Positions 28,501 to 40,886 of a stretch of 64,000 bases of DNA are shown one piece after another; position 1 is the first letter of the stretch, and the number at the start of each line of letters is the position of its first letter. Source of the stretch: Eledone cirrhosa (Eukaryota); contig OZ024741.1 of assembly GCA_964016885.1 (NCBI GenBank), positions 348,688,001 through 348,752,000 on the forward strand, in the 5' to 3' direction. The position numbers were made by a program, and so were the translations under genes. A model generated the notes under the pieces. That model did no database searches. It saw only the letters and a program-made list of their open reading frames with translations, and was not told the DNA's origin.

Positions 28501-28942
28501 GCATGGAGGTGCCGTCAGCCGGGCATGTCCGAGATGCGCGCAGGGCGACGAAACCGTCCTGCACGCACTCGTCCAGTGTCCGAAAATTGCTGACTTGTGG
28601 GTTTATGTCGAACACCTGCTGTCGCGTTTAGGACGGATCCAGCTATCATCTGAGTCCATCGTGAGGATTGCCCCGCCCTCCTCCTTTAGCCGGGAAGGGC
28701 AGGCAGTTTTTATCTGTCTGGTGGCCATGGCGAAAGAGATAGTATGGTGGACACGTTTGAAAGGGCTGAAGACGAGCACTTACCTCTTCGGTGATGCTCT
28801 GATTGACTTTTTCAAACTTCATTTGAAAAGGAAAATCAGAGTAGAGAGGGAAGTGCTCTCTTCCCAGCATTTTGTTGAAAGATGGGTGAGAGAAGCAAGA
28901 ATGGCCCGAGTGAATGGGCCTACTCTGAGTATATATCTGTAA
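25536..28942 (+). pseudogene. Tx1-like ORF2 (APE endonuclease, reverse transcriptase, CCHC), one frameshift (~26612) and one in-frame stop (28250-28252)
   Basis: GSINARGL, ISET, VYAP, VGDWN, YLDRV, TDH; KSPGLDGLP, NFRPITLLN, LDQSKAFDRVDH, SVRQGCPLS, AYADD; CPRC..ETVLHALVQC. Confidence 0.95.
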
Positions 28943-29201
28943 ATTAAAGGTGGAAAACTGGGAGAGGGCACTTGCCTTGGTGGTCAGGGTCATTGTGGCT
29001 TTTTACTGGGCTTTCTCCACAAATGTCCCTCCGAAGTCTCCCCCCTATTGGGGAATTTTTCATTGTTATTTTCATTGTTATTTTTGTTACATCCTCTGTT
29101 TTTGTTTTTTACACGCAGAAATGCCCATTTGTACCGTCCTGCATTGTCCTGCACTGTCCTTAATGTCTACTTTATGTAAACCCTTGTGGTTAATAAAGAA
29201 A

Positions 29202-29276
<75 letters not shown>

Positions 29277-29417
29277 TTATTATTCACTATTTTTCAGGGA
29301 CAAGATGTTGAACGGTTGAATAAATTATAATCCATGGTTATGAAATGTGTTTTCATCATCAATCTTCGTAAAGGTAGGTACCAACTATCTTATATCTCCG
29401 ATTCAACCCGGAATAAC

Positions 29418-29479
<62 letters not shown>

Positions 29480-29521
29480 TTTAGATATATATTTTTTTTT
29501 TCTTTAGATATATATATATAT

Positions 29522-29879
29522 ATTTTCTTTAGATCGATACAGATTGAACCGTGAGGTGATCAATAGCGGCACACATCACGCCTACACCAACGTTTTGATG
29601 ATTCTCTGACATCGTTCCTACTTATTTGTATATTACATATGAGGAAAACCGACTATAGTTCAACACCAAATGTGTAACACCATGTACTGGATTAAACTGA
29701 ACCAGTTTAATCCAGTACATGGTGTTACACATTTGGTGTTGAACTATAGTCGTTTTCCTCATATGTAATATACAAATAAGTAGGAACGATGTCAGAGAAT
29801 CATCAAAACATTGGTGTAGGCGTGATGTGTGCCGCTATTGATCACCTCACGGTTCAATCTGTATCGATCTAAAGAAAAT
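29522..29879. repeat. Near-perfect palindrome, ~178-bp arms with a 3-nt spacer
   Basis: 29522-29699 is the reverse complement of 29703-29879, with one substitution and one 1-bp indel. Confidence 0.95.
29737..29810 (-). ncRNA. Candidate variant hammerhead (UUGAUGA core); mirror copy at 29592-29664 on +
   Basis: tgtt-TTGATGA-ttc..gag-GAAA-ac gactata gt-TC-aaca; contains palindromic actatagt; stem II is weak. Confidence 0.45.
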
Positions 29880-30056
29880 CTCATCAGAATTGGTTAGTTA
29901 ATCACCAAGAGCCTGATGAGGTTTTGTTTACAGAGTCGGGCCAGATTTGTATGTATGTAATGCATGTATGAATATATATATATCCATATATATATAGAAA
30001 TATATATATATCAAAATGAAAATCCGAAGGCAAAGTAAAATTTCCAATCCTTTTAA

Positions 30057-30130
30057 TCACGACACATGTTTCAATAAGAGATAAATCGATCGTGAAGCCA
30101 TGATCGATTATCACTGATCTCATCAGGTGA
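30057..30130 (-). ncRNA. Type-I minimal hammerhead ribozyme
   Basis: tcac-CTGATGA-gat..att-GAAAC-atgt-GTC-gtga. Confidence 0.8.
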
Positions 30131-30987
30131 AAATGAATTGTCTTCAAATTCTTGATATGAGGCATTTCATTCCCTCATATGAAGATCAAGCAGTCAAAAT
30201 ACGGCGACTGCTATCATTTTCATTTTAGGCCATAAAACTATCAAGTTTCTATATCCCGAATAGCTGCAAAAGCCGCTGGACATCAATCAAATCTGTAGAG
30301 TTACAGTCGGTCACAGTTAATGTGAGTGGGTACACACACACTCAACACCTACACATACCGACTCGAGGTCAGAGAAAAATATATATACACATACCAACAC
30401 AGCATCAGATCTGTAGAACTATAGACGGTCACAATTAGTGTGAGTGGGTAGACACAAACTCTCACACACACCGAAGCGATGTCAAAGAACAAAATAATAA
30501 ATATAAGAATATACCAACATAGTATTCACCGGATGTTAGTTTACAAAACAACAAATGTTACACTGGTTAAATCTCAATTTAACGTTGTAAATTGGAAATA
30601 TTGGGTCAACCGCAACCCCATACACACGCAAGTAAGTTCAATTCAGTGTTCTGCTATACGTGTATAGATTAAATTGTAACATCCGTATCTCCAAATAGTG
30701 TATGTTATGGTATATACACATCCGTTTCGTCCAAAAAAGTGTATGTATAGGTATATACACATCCATGTGAAGAGCAAGCAATCAGCTCATATCGAACTCA
30801 GTATGTACCGCTGTCCCATTGGGAATCCGAGTCCCCAAATCTGTGCGAGCAAGCAACCGCTATGTAGGTCAGCAAGGGGCTTCCTGTAGGTATTTTGACT
30901 GATTGATCTTCATAAGAGGGAATAAACTCTGTGAGTGAACATTGTTAATTTTCTCCCTCATATCAAGAATTTGAAGACAATTCATTT

Positions 30988-31058
30988 TCACCTGATGAGA
31001 TCAGTGATAATCGATCATGGCTCACGATCGATCTATTTCTTATTGAAACATGTCGTGA
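30988..31058 (+). ncRNA. Type-I minimal hammerhead ribozyme, canonical core, palindromic CATG loop III
   Basis: tcac-CTGATGA-gat..att-GAAA-catg-TC-gtga; stem I tcac/gtga. Confidence 0.88.
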
Positions 31059-31235
31059 CTAAAATGATTGGAAATTTTACCTTGCCTTCGGTTTTTCATT
31101 TTGATATTTATACTCCGTTTTACATCATCTACCTGTTCCCTTGAATGGAATTGGAAATATAAAAAAGCGTGGAGAACTTAATATTGCTAACAAAAACTTA
31201 TTGGACCGTTTTACACAACCAATGATACACCTTAC

Positions 31236-31284
<49 letters not shown>

Positions 31285-31327
31285 GGGGGTGTATGTGCGT
31301 GTGTGTGCATGTATATGAGTGTGTTTG

Positions 31328-31374
<47 letters not shown>

Positions 31375-31377
31375 GTA

Positions 31378-31442
<65 letters not shown>

Positions 31443-32202
31443 CGAGAGAGAAATTTAGAGAAGGAGTGAGTTTGTGGTATACGGGCAGCACGTCATGTAT
31501 TACAGAGTCCGTTTGGTGGCATACCTAATTTCCATATTTCTTCGGTAATGCATTAAGACAGCAATACAGCAGCATAAAAAAACACCCCAGATTATACCCT
31601 GGGGTCTTCATAAGAATGGTGAATAACAAAAACACAAATTCCGTTGCTCAACCGTGTGCATTTTGCAATGAAATACCTTTCTAACACACTAAAAAAGGAA
31701 AAAAAGAAAAAATGAGCAGCCCTTCTACGCAGCTCTAACCTCGATAATATCTATCTAACACACAAACACCTATTTAGTAAAACAGCCACTATAACCTACT
31801 AGACTAAACTTTGGACACGCACAACGGCTTTCTATTTCGAACAAGTATAATTAAGCCTTATCTCACTTTGTCAAACTGACAATCGCAACACCCAAGTTCT
31901 CTCCCTTTCGGGAGGAACTCAGTGTTAGATCTCTTGTTCTAACAACATCAATGTCAAACGTGTCGAACTGAGAATCTGCTGAAATAAATGTGCCGAGCGA
32001 AAAGTGCTTATTCAGCAGATGAAAGTGTTAGTGAATGTAACCTAATTTTCTATACAACCCATTATATATATATATATGAGTGTGTGTGTGCGTGTGTGCG
32101 TGTGTGTGCATTGAACAATGAAAATGAAACAAATGTCGAAGTTGAACTAATTAATGAACTAATTAAAAACCTAACTTCGGCGTTTTCTATTTTCATTGTT
32201 CA

Positions 32203-32295
<93 letters not shown>

Positions 32296-32333
32296 CATAT
32301 ATATATACATATGTGTGTATGTATATATATATT

Positions 32334-34298
32334 CATATAATTGTCTCCAATTATGAAACGCGAAATAAAAGACTTCAAGAATTAAAGGAAATTCTACTCG
32401 AGAGAGAGTACCCACTATTACTAATAAATAATGGAATAGAAAGGGCTAAAGCAATAGGCATTGATGAATTACGGAAACAGAAACAAATTCAAGGTACGTC
32501 CAATATTCTATCATATATCTCAACACACAACCCAAGAAATGCGGAAGCTTACAACACTATTCACAATAACATCCCACTACTAAAACAAAACCCAAGAATG
32601 AAAAAAGCCCTGGAAACACACAAAATAATCAAAAGCAAAAGACAACCAAAATCACTGAAAACATTACTCACCAATGCCAAATTACCTACCACAAACCCAC
32701 AACCAAGTATCAAAAAATGTGGTCGCTCTAATTGTGGAACCTGCACTCACCTCATTGAAGGCAACACGTATACATTTAAATCAGGAAAAAATTTTACTGT
32801 AAAAAATCACTTCACTTGCTCATCAAAAAATCTAATTTATGCCATTAAATGTAAAGGATGCAATGAAGATTATATAGGATAAACTAAACTCACACTCAGA
32901 AACAGAATGACAGTTCATCGCCAACAATTACGAGATCCAACCACGAGACAGATACCACTAAGTGCACATCTAGACATTTGCGCAAGTAATAAGACACCCA
33001 AATTCCAAGTCTTCCCATTTTACCTTTGCGCTAACAATACAACAGAACAAATGCGAATAAATAAGGAAAATATGTTTATTCAAAAATATAGACCAACATT
33101 AAATAAGGTTTAATATACATTATGTCAACACCATAATATGACATACACACACACACATAACACCTTCTACTTTAGAAAATAAAAACCCGAACTAAATAAA
33201 CCTTAACATACGTTTGCACTGACAATACAACAGCAAACACGAATAAGGAAAATATGTTCATTTAAAAATATTCCTACTAAAGGAATCCCTTTCCTACACA
33301 TACACACACACACAATATATATATATATATTCTCTTCATCTTAACATGCTAACCATACTCCCACACACATAACACCCATACACACACATAACAACCCCCA
33401 CACCTACAACTCCCTCCCCATTTCTACTAATAGAACCACTTTCCTACACACTTATATATATACACACACACAAAATATATATTCTCTCCATCTTAACATA
33501 CTCGTACACACACACATAACATCCATATACACACACACACAACTCTCTCCCCCATCTCTACTAATAGAATCATCTTCCAATACACACATACACACACACA
33601 CACACACATACACACACACAAGCACACAAATAAACATACATATCTTCACTTCAATAGAAAATCTGAACTCTGACACCCCAGCGAACTAACCATATTCACC
33701 GAACCAGAACAAATCTCCCAATCCCTTTTCTCTTGACCACTAACTTTCCATTGTCATAACATCCACTATAAAGACTACAGAATAGTTTTCCAAATAAGGG
33801 CGCAAAAATGTAATGAAAACTTGTTCACGTGACAGCCAAATTTCATTTATAACCAACCAAAAAAAAGCCTTCGTGAGCCTCCTTTTTTCAAGTAAAAAGA
33901 AATTCAAACACTCATATATGAAAAAACAACTTGTGACAACCCTCCCCCCCTATTTGAAGAACTATTGTAACGCGAACTGGCGCGAACTTTATTATAATTA
34001 TTGACAAACCAATCAAATTACTTCTCGAAAAACCTGGCATTTCGAGCCACTTTTTCCATATAAAACAAGTAACATTCAGAGACCAACCAGATGTGAGAAA
34101 AACCACAGACCCTCCATCTCAACTCACCTTTTGAAAAGCAGAAGAACTGCGAAACCGGTAAAGGAACCAAATAAATATATATATTTTTTTTAAAAATAAG
34201 ACTCCAGTTGCATTTTCGATTTCATCTCTCTTTTTCTTTATACTTTCACTCGTGTAGGACACCTCGGTTATTTTTCATCTTGTAAAAAAAAACCTCAC

Positions 34299-34305
<7 letters not shown>
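32334..34305 (+). mobile_element. Penelope-like element 3' half: linker, GIY-YIG endonuclease and 3' terminal repeat
   Basis: RLQELKEILLEREYP, YISTHNP, KRQPKSLKTLL, CGRSNCGTC, CSSKNLIYAIKCKGCNEDYIG*TKLTLRNRMTVH, KENMFIQKYRPTLN (stop at 33113). Hammerhead at 34127. Ends at (TA)n. Confidence 0.9.
34127..34164 (+). ncRNA. 38-nt minimal hammerhead ribozyme with U3-A8 core
   Basis: cctt-TTGAAAA-gcag aagaa ctgc-GAAA-ccgg-TA-aagg; all stems pair perfectly and loop III is palindromic. Confidence 0.85.
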
Positions 34306-34361
<56 letters not shown>

Positions 34362-34560
34362 CGTGTGTGCGTGTGTTTGCACATAACCCTGCTTCCAAAT
34401 TGAATATCTTTCAGTTTGTAGACTGCATAGGATGTTATAAGATGTTCTGTGTTGGCGTCAGATCCACAACTTCGAGAAATAAGTTTTTGTTCTGACAGAT
34501 TTGGTCCTAATACTTTAAAAACTATGTTTAATACAAACCTGTTTCAAATTATATGAAATA

Positions 34561-34993
34561 CTAGCAGTGGTACCCGGCGTTGCACGGGATAAGGTATTTT
34601 GAAACACGGGCCGCCAACAGACCTAATCGTGGAAAAACTGCATGCCTGGACAACATGTAAAGAAAATAAACCGGAAAAAAACCTAAAAAGCTGAAAAAAT
34701 GAAGTTTTTCACCTAGGCCATAGAAAAGTTGGATTTTCTTTGCTCACGGTATGGGAAGAGACTGACTAATACATAGTTACAATTTCAAAGGAGTCGGTCT
34801 GACGAAACGCCTCAAGAATCACATAAAAAGTTTGTAAAAAAGTTTATGTGCATAACACTCCCTGAAACATGAGTAATAGATATGTAAAGTTTGAAAAAAA
34901 TCGGTTGGGTACTTCTCGAGTTTTAGGGATTCAAACTCACAGACACACACACACACAGACACAGACACACACAGACACACACAGACACACAGA

Positions 34994-35087
<94 letters not shown>

Positions 35088-35129
35088 AACACACACACAC
35101 ACACACATCCTCAGTTTTATATATAGAGA
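34561..35129 (-). mobile_element. Non-autonomous Helitron (569 bp) carrying a (CA)n tract
   Basis: Minus strand starts TCTCTATATATAAAA and ends with hairpin cccg tgcaacgc cggg followed by taccactgCTAG. Inserted between A and T with no TSD. Confidence 0.85.
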
Positions 35130-36014
35130 TTATCCATGTATTATGTAATGTAGCTACGTTGGTATCCTTTCATATTATTAATACACTATTTCATATATTA
35201 CATGGAGCTACGTTGGTTACAATTCATGTTATTAATACGCTACTTCATATATTACATGCAATATATGATAGACTGCTTGAATGGAAACCAATATTCAAGT
35301 ATTGAATTATTTGCTTTGCCGCTTTGATGTTACTCCGTAAATCTGGTCTGCATGCATTGAAGACCAGACAACCACTCTATTCCCATACACAATTGAAGTC
35401 TACGAGTATATAGATCTAATACTCACATTTCAATTTCGAATGTCAAACCACATTTCCACTGACGTTCTTCATTATCTTCCAACGCTAGACTTTGCCTCGC
35501 GCTAAAATTTATTTAATTTACTTACTTCTTATCCCTCAATATCCGCTCCTTTTATCAATTGCACTTTCATGGTATCATTGCTTCACGTCATGTTAAATAC
35601 TTTCTTAGATAACGTATATGTTACTAAAAAGGATAACGAGATTTTAGTCATTGATTTAAGCCTGAATATGTAACATTTAAGAAGTTTAAATCAATACATT
35701 TAGCCATTTTAATCCTACTTACTAGACCAAAATTGTTTAAAAATCTATTTATGCAACCTCTCTTTTCGGGTATTGAAACATATTCGTTATAGTTCTCATT
35801 TCTTCAACATATTCACTAATGATATGTTAATGGTTTCGATAAAATACAATGAAAGTTAATGGAGGGATTAAGTGAGTAGCAACCAGAAACTATCATGTGT
35901 ATGTCATGTAAACATACCAAAATAGTCTCTGTTTCTTTATGTATACGCCTAACTATCCATCTATTTTTATCTCTCGTACTCATTCCCTGTCTCTATATCT
36001 GTCTTTATCTCACT

Positions 36015-36150
<136 letters not shown>

Positions 36151-36549
36151 TATATATATATTGTTGGTACAGATTAAAAGTTTATGCAATAACTTACTAC
36201 TTTCACACTAAGGTCCCGCTGAGGGTGAAAGCAGTACTTCATTGCTTAAACTTTTAATATGTACTAATGATAAATATTGGATCTACGGGTTTATATACAC
36301 TTATGTATATATATATATATATTACCCTTTCTAGCAGTCTCTCTCTCTGTTAGCCTCCTCCTCAACTTTCACTCACTCATTCTCTGTCACTACCTCTCCT
36401 CCTCCTCTTTCCTCCTCCTCCTTCAAGTTTGACCTGTGTGTAATTCTTTTCTCGCGCGGTCTTGACCAAGCTGGTATGGAAATGTTTTTCTCTCTCTTTC
36501 GTCTGCGACTTCACAAAACTTATGTTTACCGAATTCGTAGACCAGACCC

Positions 36550-36638
36550 CTTCTTCTTCTTCTTCTTCTTCTTCTTCTTCTTCTTCTTCTTCTTCTTCTT
36601 CTTCTTCTTCTTCTTCTTCTTCTTCTTCTTCTTCTTCT
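36550..36638. repeat. (CTT)n microsatellite
   Basis: Direct reading. Confidence 0.95.
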
Positions 36639-36977
36639 CCCCCCCCCCCGTCAGACTTGTGCGAAATTCTTTCCTTGCTCACATTTCAACCAGGTTTGAT
36701 GGTCTTTTGTCTCTTGTTCACGATTTCACCGAGTTTATATTCATAGATATCTGGGACTTGTCTATTTCTTCTCACTTTCCGTTGCTTAAACCTTTTTGTT
36801 TGTTACCCTGGCGTCCCCTTTGTTTACGTGTCCCAACGACTTTTTTTAGCCGTTGTTCGCACCAACCTGAGGCATATGGCCCTTAAAGCGATGAAATGCC
36901 TGGGACGGTTGGAGGGTCACTGATGAAGGACTTACTTTTTCATATGCCCCACCATTTGCAACGGGCAGCCTATTATT

Positions 36978-37033
<56 letters not shown>

Positions 37034-37081
37034 CCTTATCGAGTTCTTTTAGGATTTTGGTCGTTATATATATATATATAA

Positions 37082-37142
<61 letters not shown>

Positions 37143-37189
37143 AAGGAAGAGCGAAGTAGTTTCAGATGTTCAAGTCCTTTAATAATAAT

Positions 37190-37367
37190 TGTTTCTACTT
37201 TAGACACAAGGCCAGCAATTACCCAGTGCATTACTGGTACTTTATTTTATCGACCCCGTAAGGATGAAAGGCAAAGTCAACCTCGGCGGGATTTGAACTC
37301 AGATCGTAAAGGGACGTAACTATGCTGGAAAACATGGCGGCCGACCCTCTACCGATACTGCCAATCC
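37190..37367 (-). mobile_element. tRNA-derived SINE inserted into a PLE-like terminal repeat
   Basis: A and B boxes, core, tail; aataat duplicated on both sides. Confidence 0.9.
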
Positions 37368-37373
37368 AATAAT

Positions 37374-37447
37374 GCTGTGATATATATTTCAATGGTGACA
37401 CTGGCCACACTGTTCTGTGTGCGAGTGTCGTGACATCATCAGACAGC
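37374..37447 (-). ncRNA. Type-I hammerhead ribozyme, canonical core
   Basis: gctgt-CTGATGA-[stem II including gacact/agtgtc]-GAAA-tatata-TC-acagc; perfect 5-bp stem I. Confidence 0.8.
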
Positions 37448-38342
37448 TTGTTACATAATAAGGTTATGTTTCCGAGGCAATCCAAATTGAATCGACATGG
37501 GAACGGATGAAATGCGTGCTTTTAGGTTTATCACCCGTTCCCCTGTGAGTACCAATTCACCCCCACCGGTCTGCGAAGGAAGTTGACCATTGGCTACCGC
37601 AGATTTTAACGAAATTCACTTAGTCATTTCAGCTCTCAGTGATACAATGGCCCGTACCATAGTTTACTGCTACCCATCACGACTGTGGTAGTCAGTCACA
37701 AGCCAGAGGGGGTGGGAGAGTGTTAGTTTTTACAGGTCATAATACTACCTCTCACCTAGCGTGGACAGTACGACTGACCTTCAACTCAAAGGGAAAATAA
37801 ACTTAATTCTAAGTATCATGATTTTACATTGTAGGTTAAGAGTGAGAGTTGGAAATAAAAATTAAAGTCCTAAATCAATTATCAGAAATTATAAATTAAA
37901 CAATTTAAAAATTAACAATTAGTAATTAAAAGTTAGAAATTTGTTTTCCTCCAGTGAGAATTCGGATTGAGGTGAGTAAAAAAATATAGATTGAAGTGAG
38001 TAAATAATATGGAGAGAGATGTTTAAGTAAGAAGTTCTTAGAGGGTTTCTAGTGTCACAGTTACTCTATCCACATATTGAACGACAGTGCCGTACATTAG
38101 AACTGAGGGTAAGCTACAGCATTCAAGGCATTAGTCAATCTGGTACAGTCATAATTTCCATCACATGGAACAATACCAAAGAAAAACAGACATAGAAGAA
38201 AAAATGCAAACACACAGAGTACCAAAGAAAAACAGACATAGAAGAAAAAATGGAAAAACACAGAGTACATATATGCAAAATGATCCATATGATGGTCAAT
38301 CTGTCCATGTATAGATTGAATTGAGGGGGCTTCTATATATAT

Positions 38343-38826
<484 letters not shown>

Positions 38827-40250
38827 ATACATATATGGAGATGCATTTCTCTCTGTGTTTGTGTTTTCTTTTCTTATAAATACTCTCTTTATATGTTTCC
38901 GCTTATCTGTGTAAGCTTGGAATTCTGAAGTCACATCTACTTGTATATAGAGAGTGTCAGCACTTTTCTTCATTTAGTTTCTTCCATTATATAAATTGTG
39001 TGAGGTGCACTAAGTAAATACCTCAGCTGTAGGCAGAGTGTATGAACGGATGATACATATATTCCGTTATCTACTTCTGCTATCAATATAATACAAAATA
39101 CTGAATAGATATATACGAGTGGATGTGCTGCAGTGCATAAGTAAAGCCGTTCTAGGTACGATAATCCCATATCAAATCCAGATACAATCCATATTGTACT
39201 GTATTATCTAATGCTTCCTTCTTTTCCTCTCTAAAGTTAATGGTTGATTTGTGTGAAAGTTGGCTATTTTTTCTCTCATGCGATAGCTCTTTTGCGTGAA
39301 TTAATTTGCTTGTTTAGTCGACTATAAGCATGACTGCAACGTATTTTCTTATTTCTTTTTGTATAAATCAACTCCACTTATCTAGTATTATTAGTAATCT
39401 TGCTATCACCATAGGTTCTGCAAATTTAGTGTTATTTTTGTTGTTGTTTTTACTCGAGATGGGAGACGAATACGTTAATACTTTCATCATATAAGGGGAG
39501 GTAATGGACATTATGCATAGAACGGCAGACAAAATACTTTTTTGTATTTACTTTCATTTCCTTTCTCTTAGAATTCAATACATGTTCAGATCAATTTTGC
39601 ATTTCATTTTGTTAGGGATGATAAAGTTGTGTAGCAGCCAAATACTGATATCAATTTAAACGACTGTGCTCTACACCTCACACAAATATATCTGGCCTTA
39701 TGTATACGGGAGAAAAAAATGTTTCTATTTAACTATTTACAAGAGTTGAATACATCTATTTGACAATATATTGATGTAGCAAAGGTTATGTATTTTATTT
39801 TATTTTTATTTTTTCATTATATTCGACAGAGGAATATAATAGAATATTTAATTACGACCATTTGAAAAGGCTAATATTTGTTTCCTTTGTATGAGTTGAA
39901 TCCTTCCACCTGGCACTAGATTATGAGGGTATGGACAATATTTTTTGGGGGGGATTTGATTTTGTTAATTTTAGCAAATCGGAAATGTTTAGCAAATCTG
40001 TTCCTAAAGGCCTCCTAATAATCAAAATCAAATATTGTCTTTATAGATTATTTTTTTATCAATGAAGTCCGAAATTTTTTTAATCGTTTTTTGTTCTTTA
40101 AGCCAAGTCATAGCTCCAGATCAAACAGAATTATGATCAAAGGATTTTGATTCACGCTGGAGGTATTATGTTTGCATGCATGCGTGTGTGTTAAGCTCTT
40201 AGTCCATACATTTCTCTTTCTCTCCCTCTCTCTCACTATCTCTCTCTCCC

Positions 40251-40301
<51 letters not shown>

Positions 40302-40886
40302 CTCTATCTCTGTGTAACTGTAAAACTTGCGATTCCATACCGTATGTTTATGTGTGTATCGCGGTGTATTCGTATGCATATGACCAAACATGTACGACCG
40401 ACGAAAATAGCGGGAAGATAATTTATCGAATACGAAGGGAAGTCATAATTGCAAACCTTCTCAAGCATATATAGGAACAAAGGAGTTAGTTTCAGAATAT
40501 AAGAGCAAAGGTAAAACGTAAAGATTAAGAATAAATAAAGAGGAAAAATGTAAAAAATTCTGATAAAATAGAAAGACACATGCTCGACATTATATTTTCA
40601 CAAACCTATGAACATGTTTATGCAGAATAGAAGTGGAGGATGGGGTATGATGTTGTGTTTGAAACATGTATGAACTGTGTGTAAGAAAAGAAGTTGTGTC
40701 GTTTCCTAGAAAATTCTCTAAAGAATTTTTTTTAAATATATTTCAACGAATTTTTTTCAGGTGGTAGTTATAGTGTTCAGCTGTTGATACAGTCATTTTT
40801 TGCTTATGGGAAGCTTATATTTTCAGATTTCATACCTCTGTGTGCCATTTAACATATAACAGATCTCACACATACACTTATGCTTA

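Larger units (their letters stand above)
23191..29202 (+). mobile_element. Nearly full-length Tx1/L1-clade LINE (about 6 kb) inserted in (ATT)n
   Basis: 5' UTR, ORF1 with zinc knuckle, ORF2 APE-RT-CCHC, 3' UTR ending aataaagaaatc. (ATT)n at 23115-23190 and 29203-29285. Confidence 0.93.
30009..31237. mobile_element. Non-coding PLE-derived insertion: inverted ~200-bp arms (30009-30202 and 30890-31108) with a tail on the right arm only
   Basis: The arms are reverse complements and each carries a hammerhead. Flanked by (TA)n. There is an internal ~118-bp-period direct repeat at 30291-30473. Confidence 0.8.

Noticed and set aside
31968-32034. CTGAGA-atctgctgaa..ttcagcagat-GAAA hammerhead-like motif
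   Set aside because: Stem II is good, but the core is one base short and stem I cannot form; at best a dead relic
38174-38268. 47-bp tandem duplication
   Set aside because: A simple two-copy local duplication with no further structure
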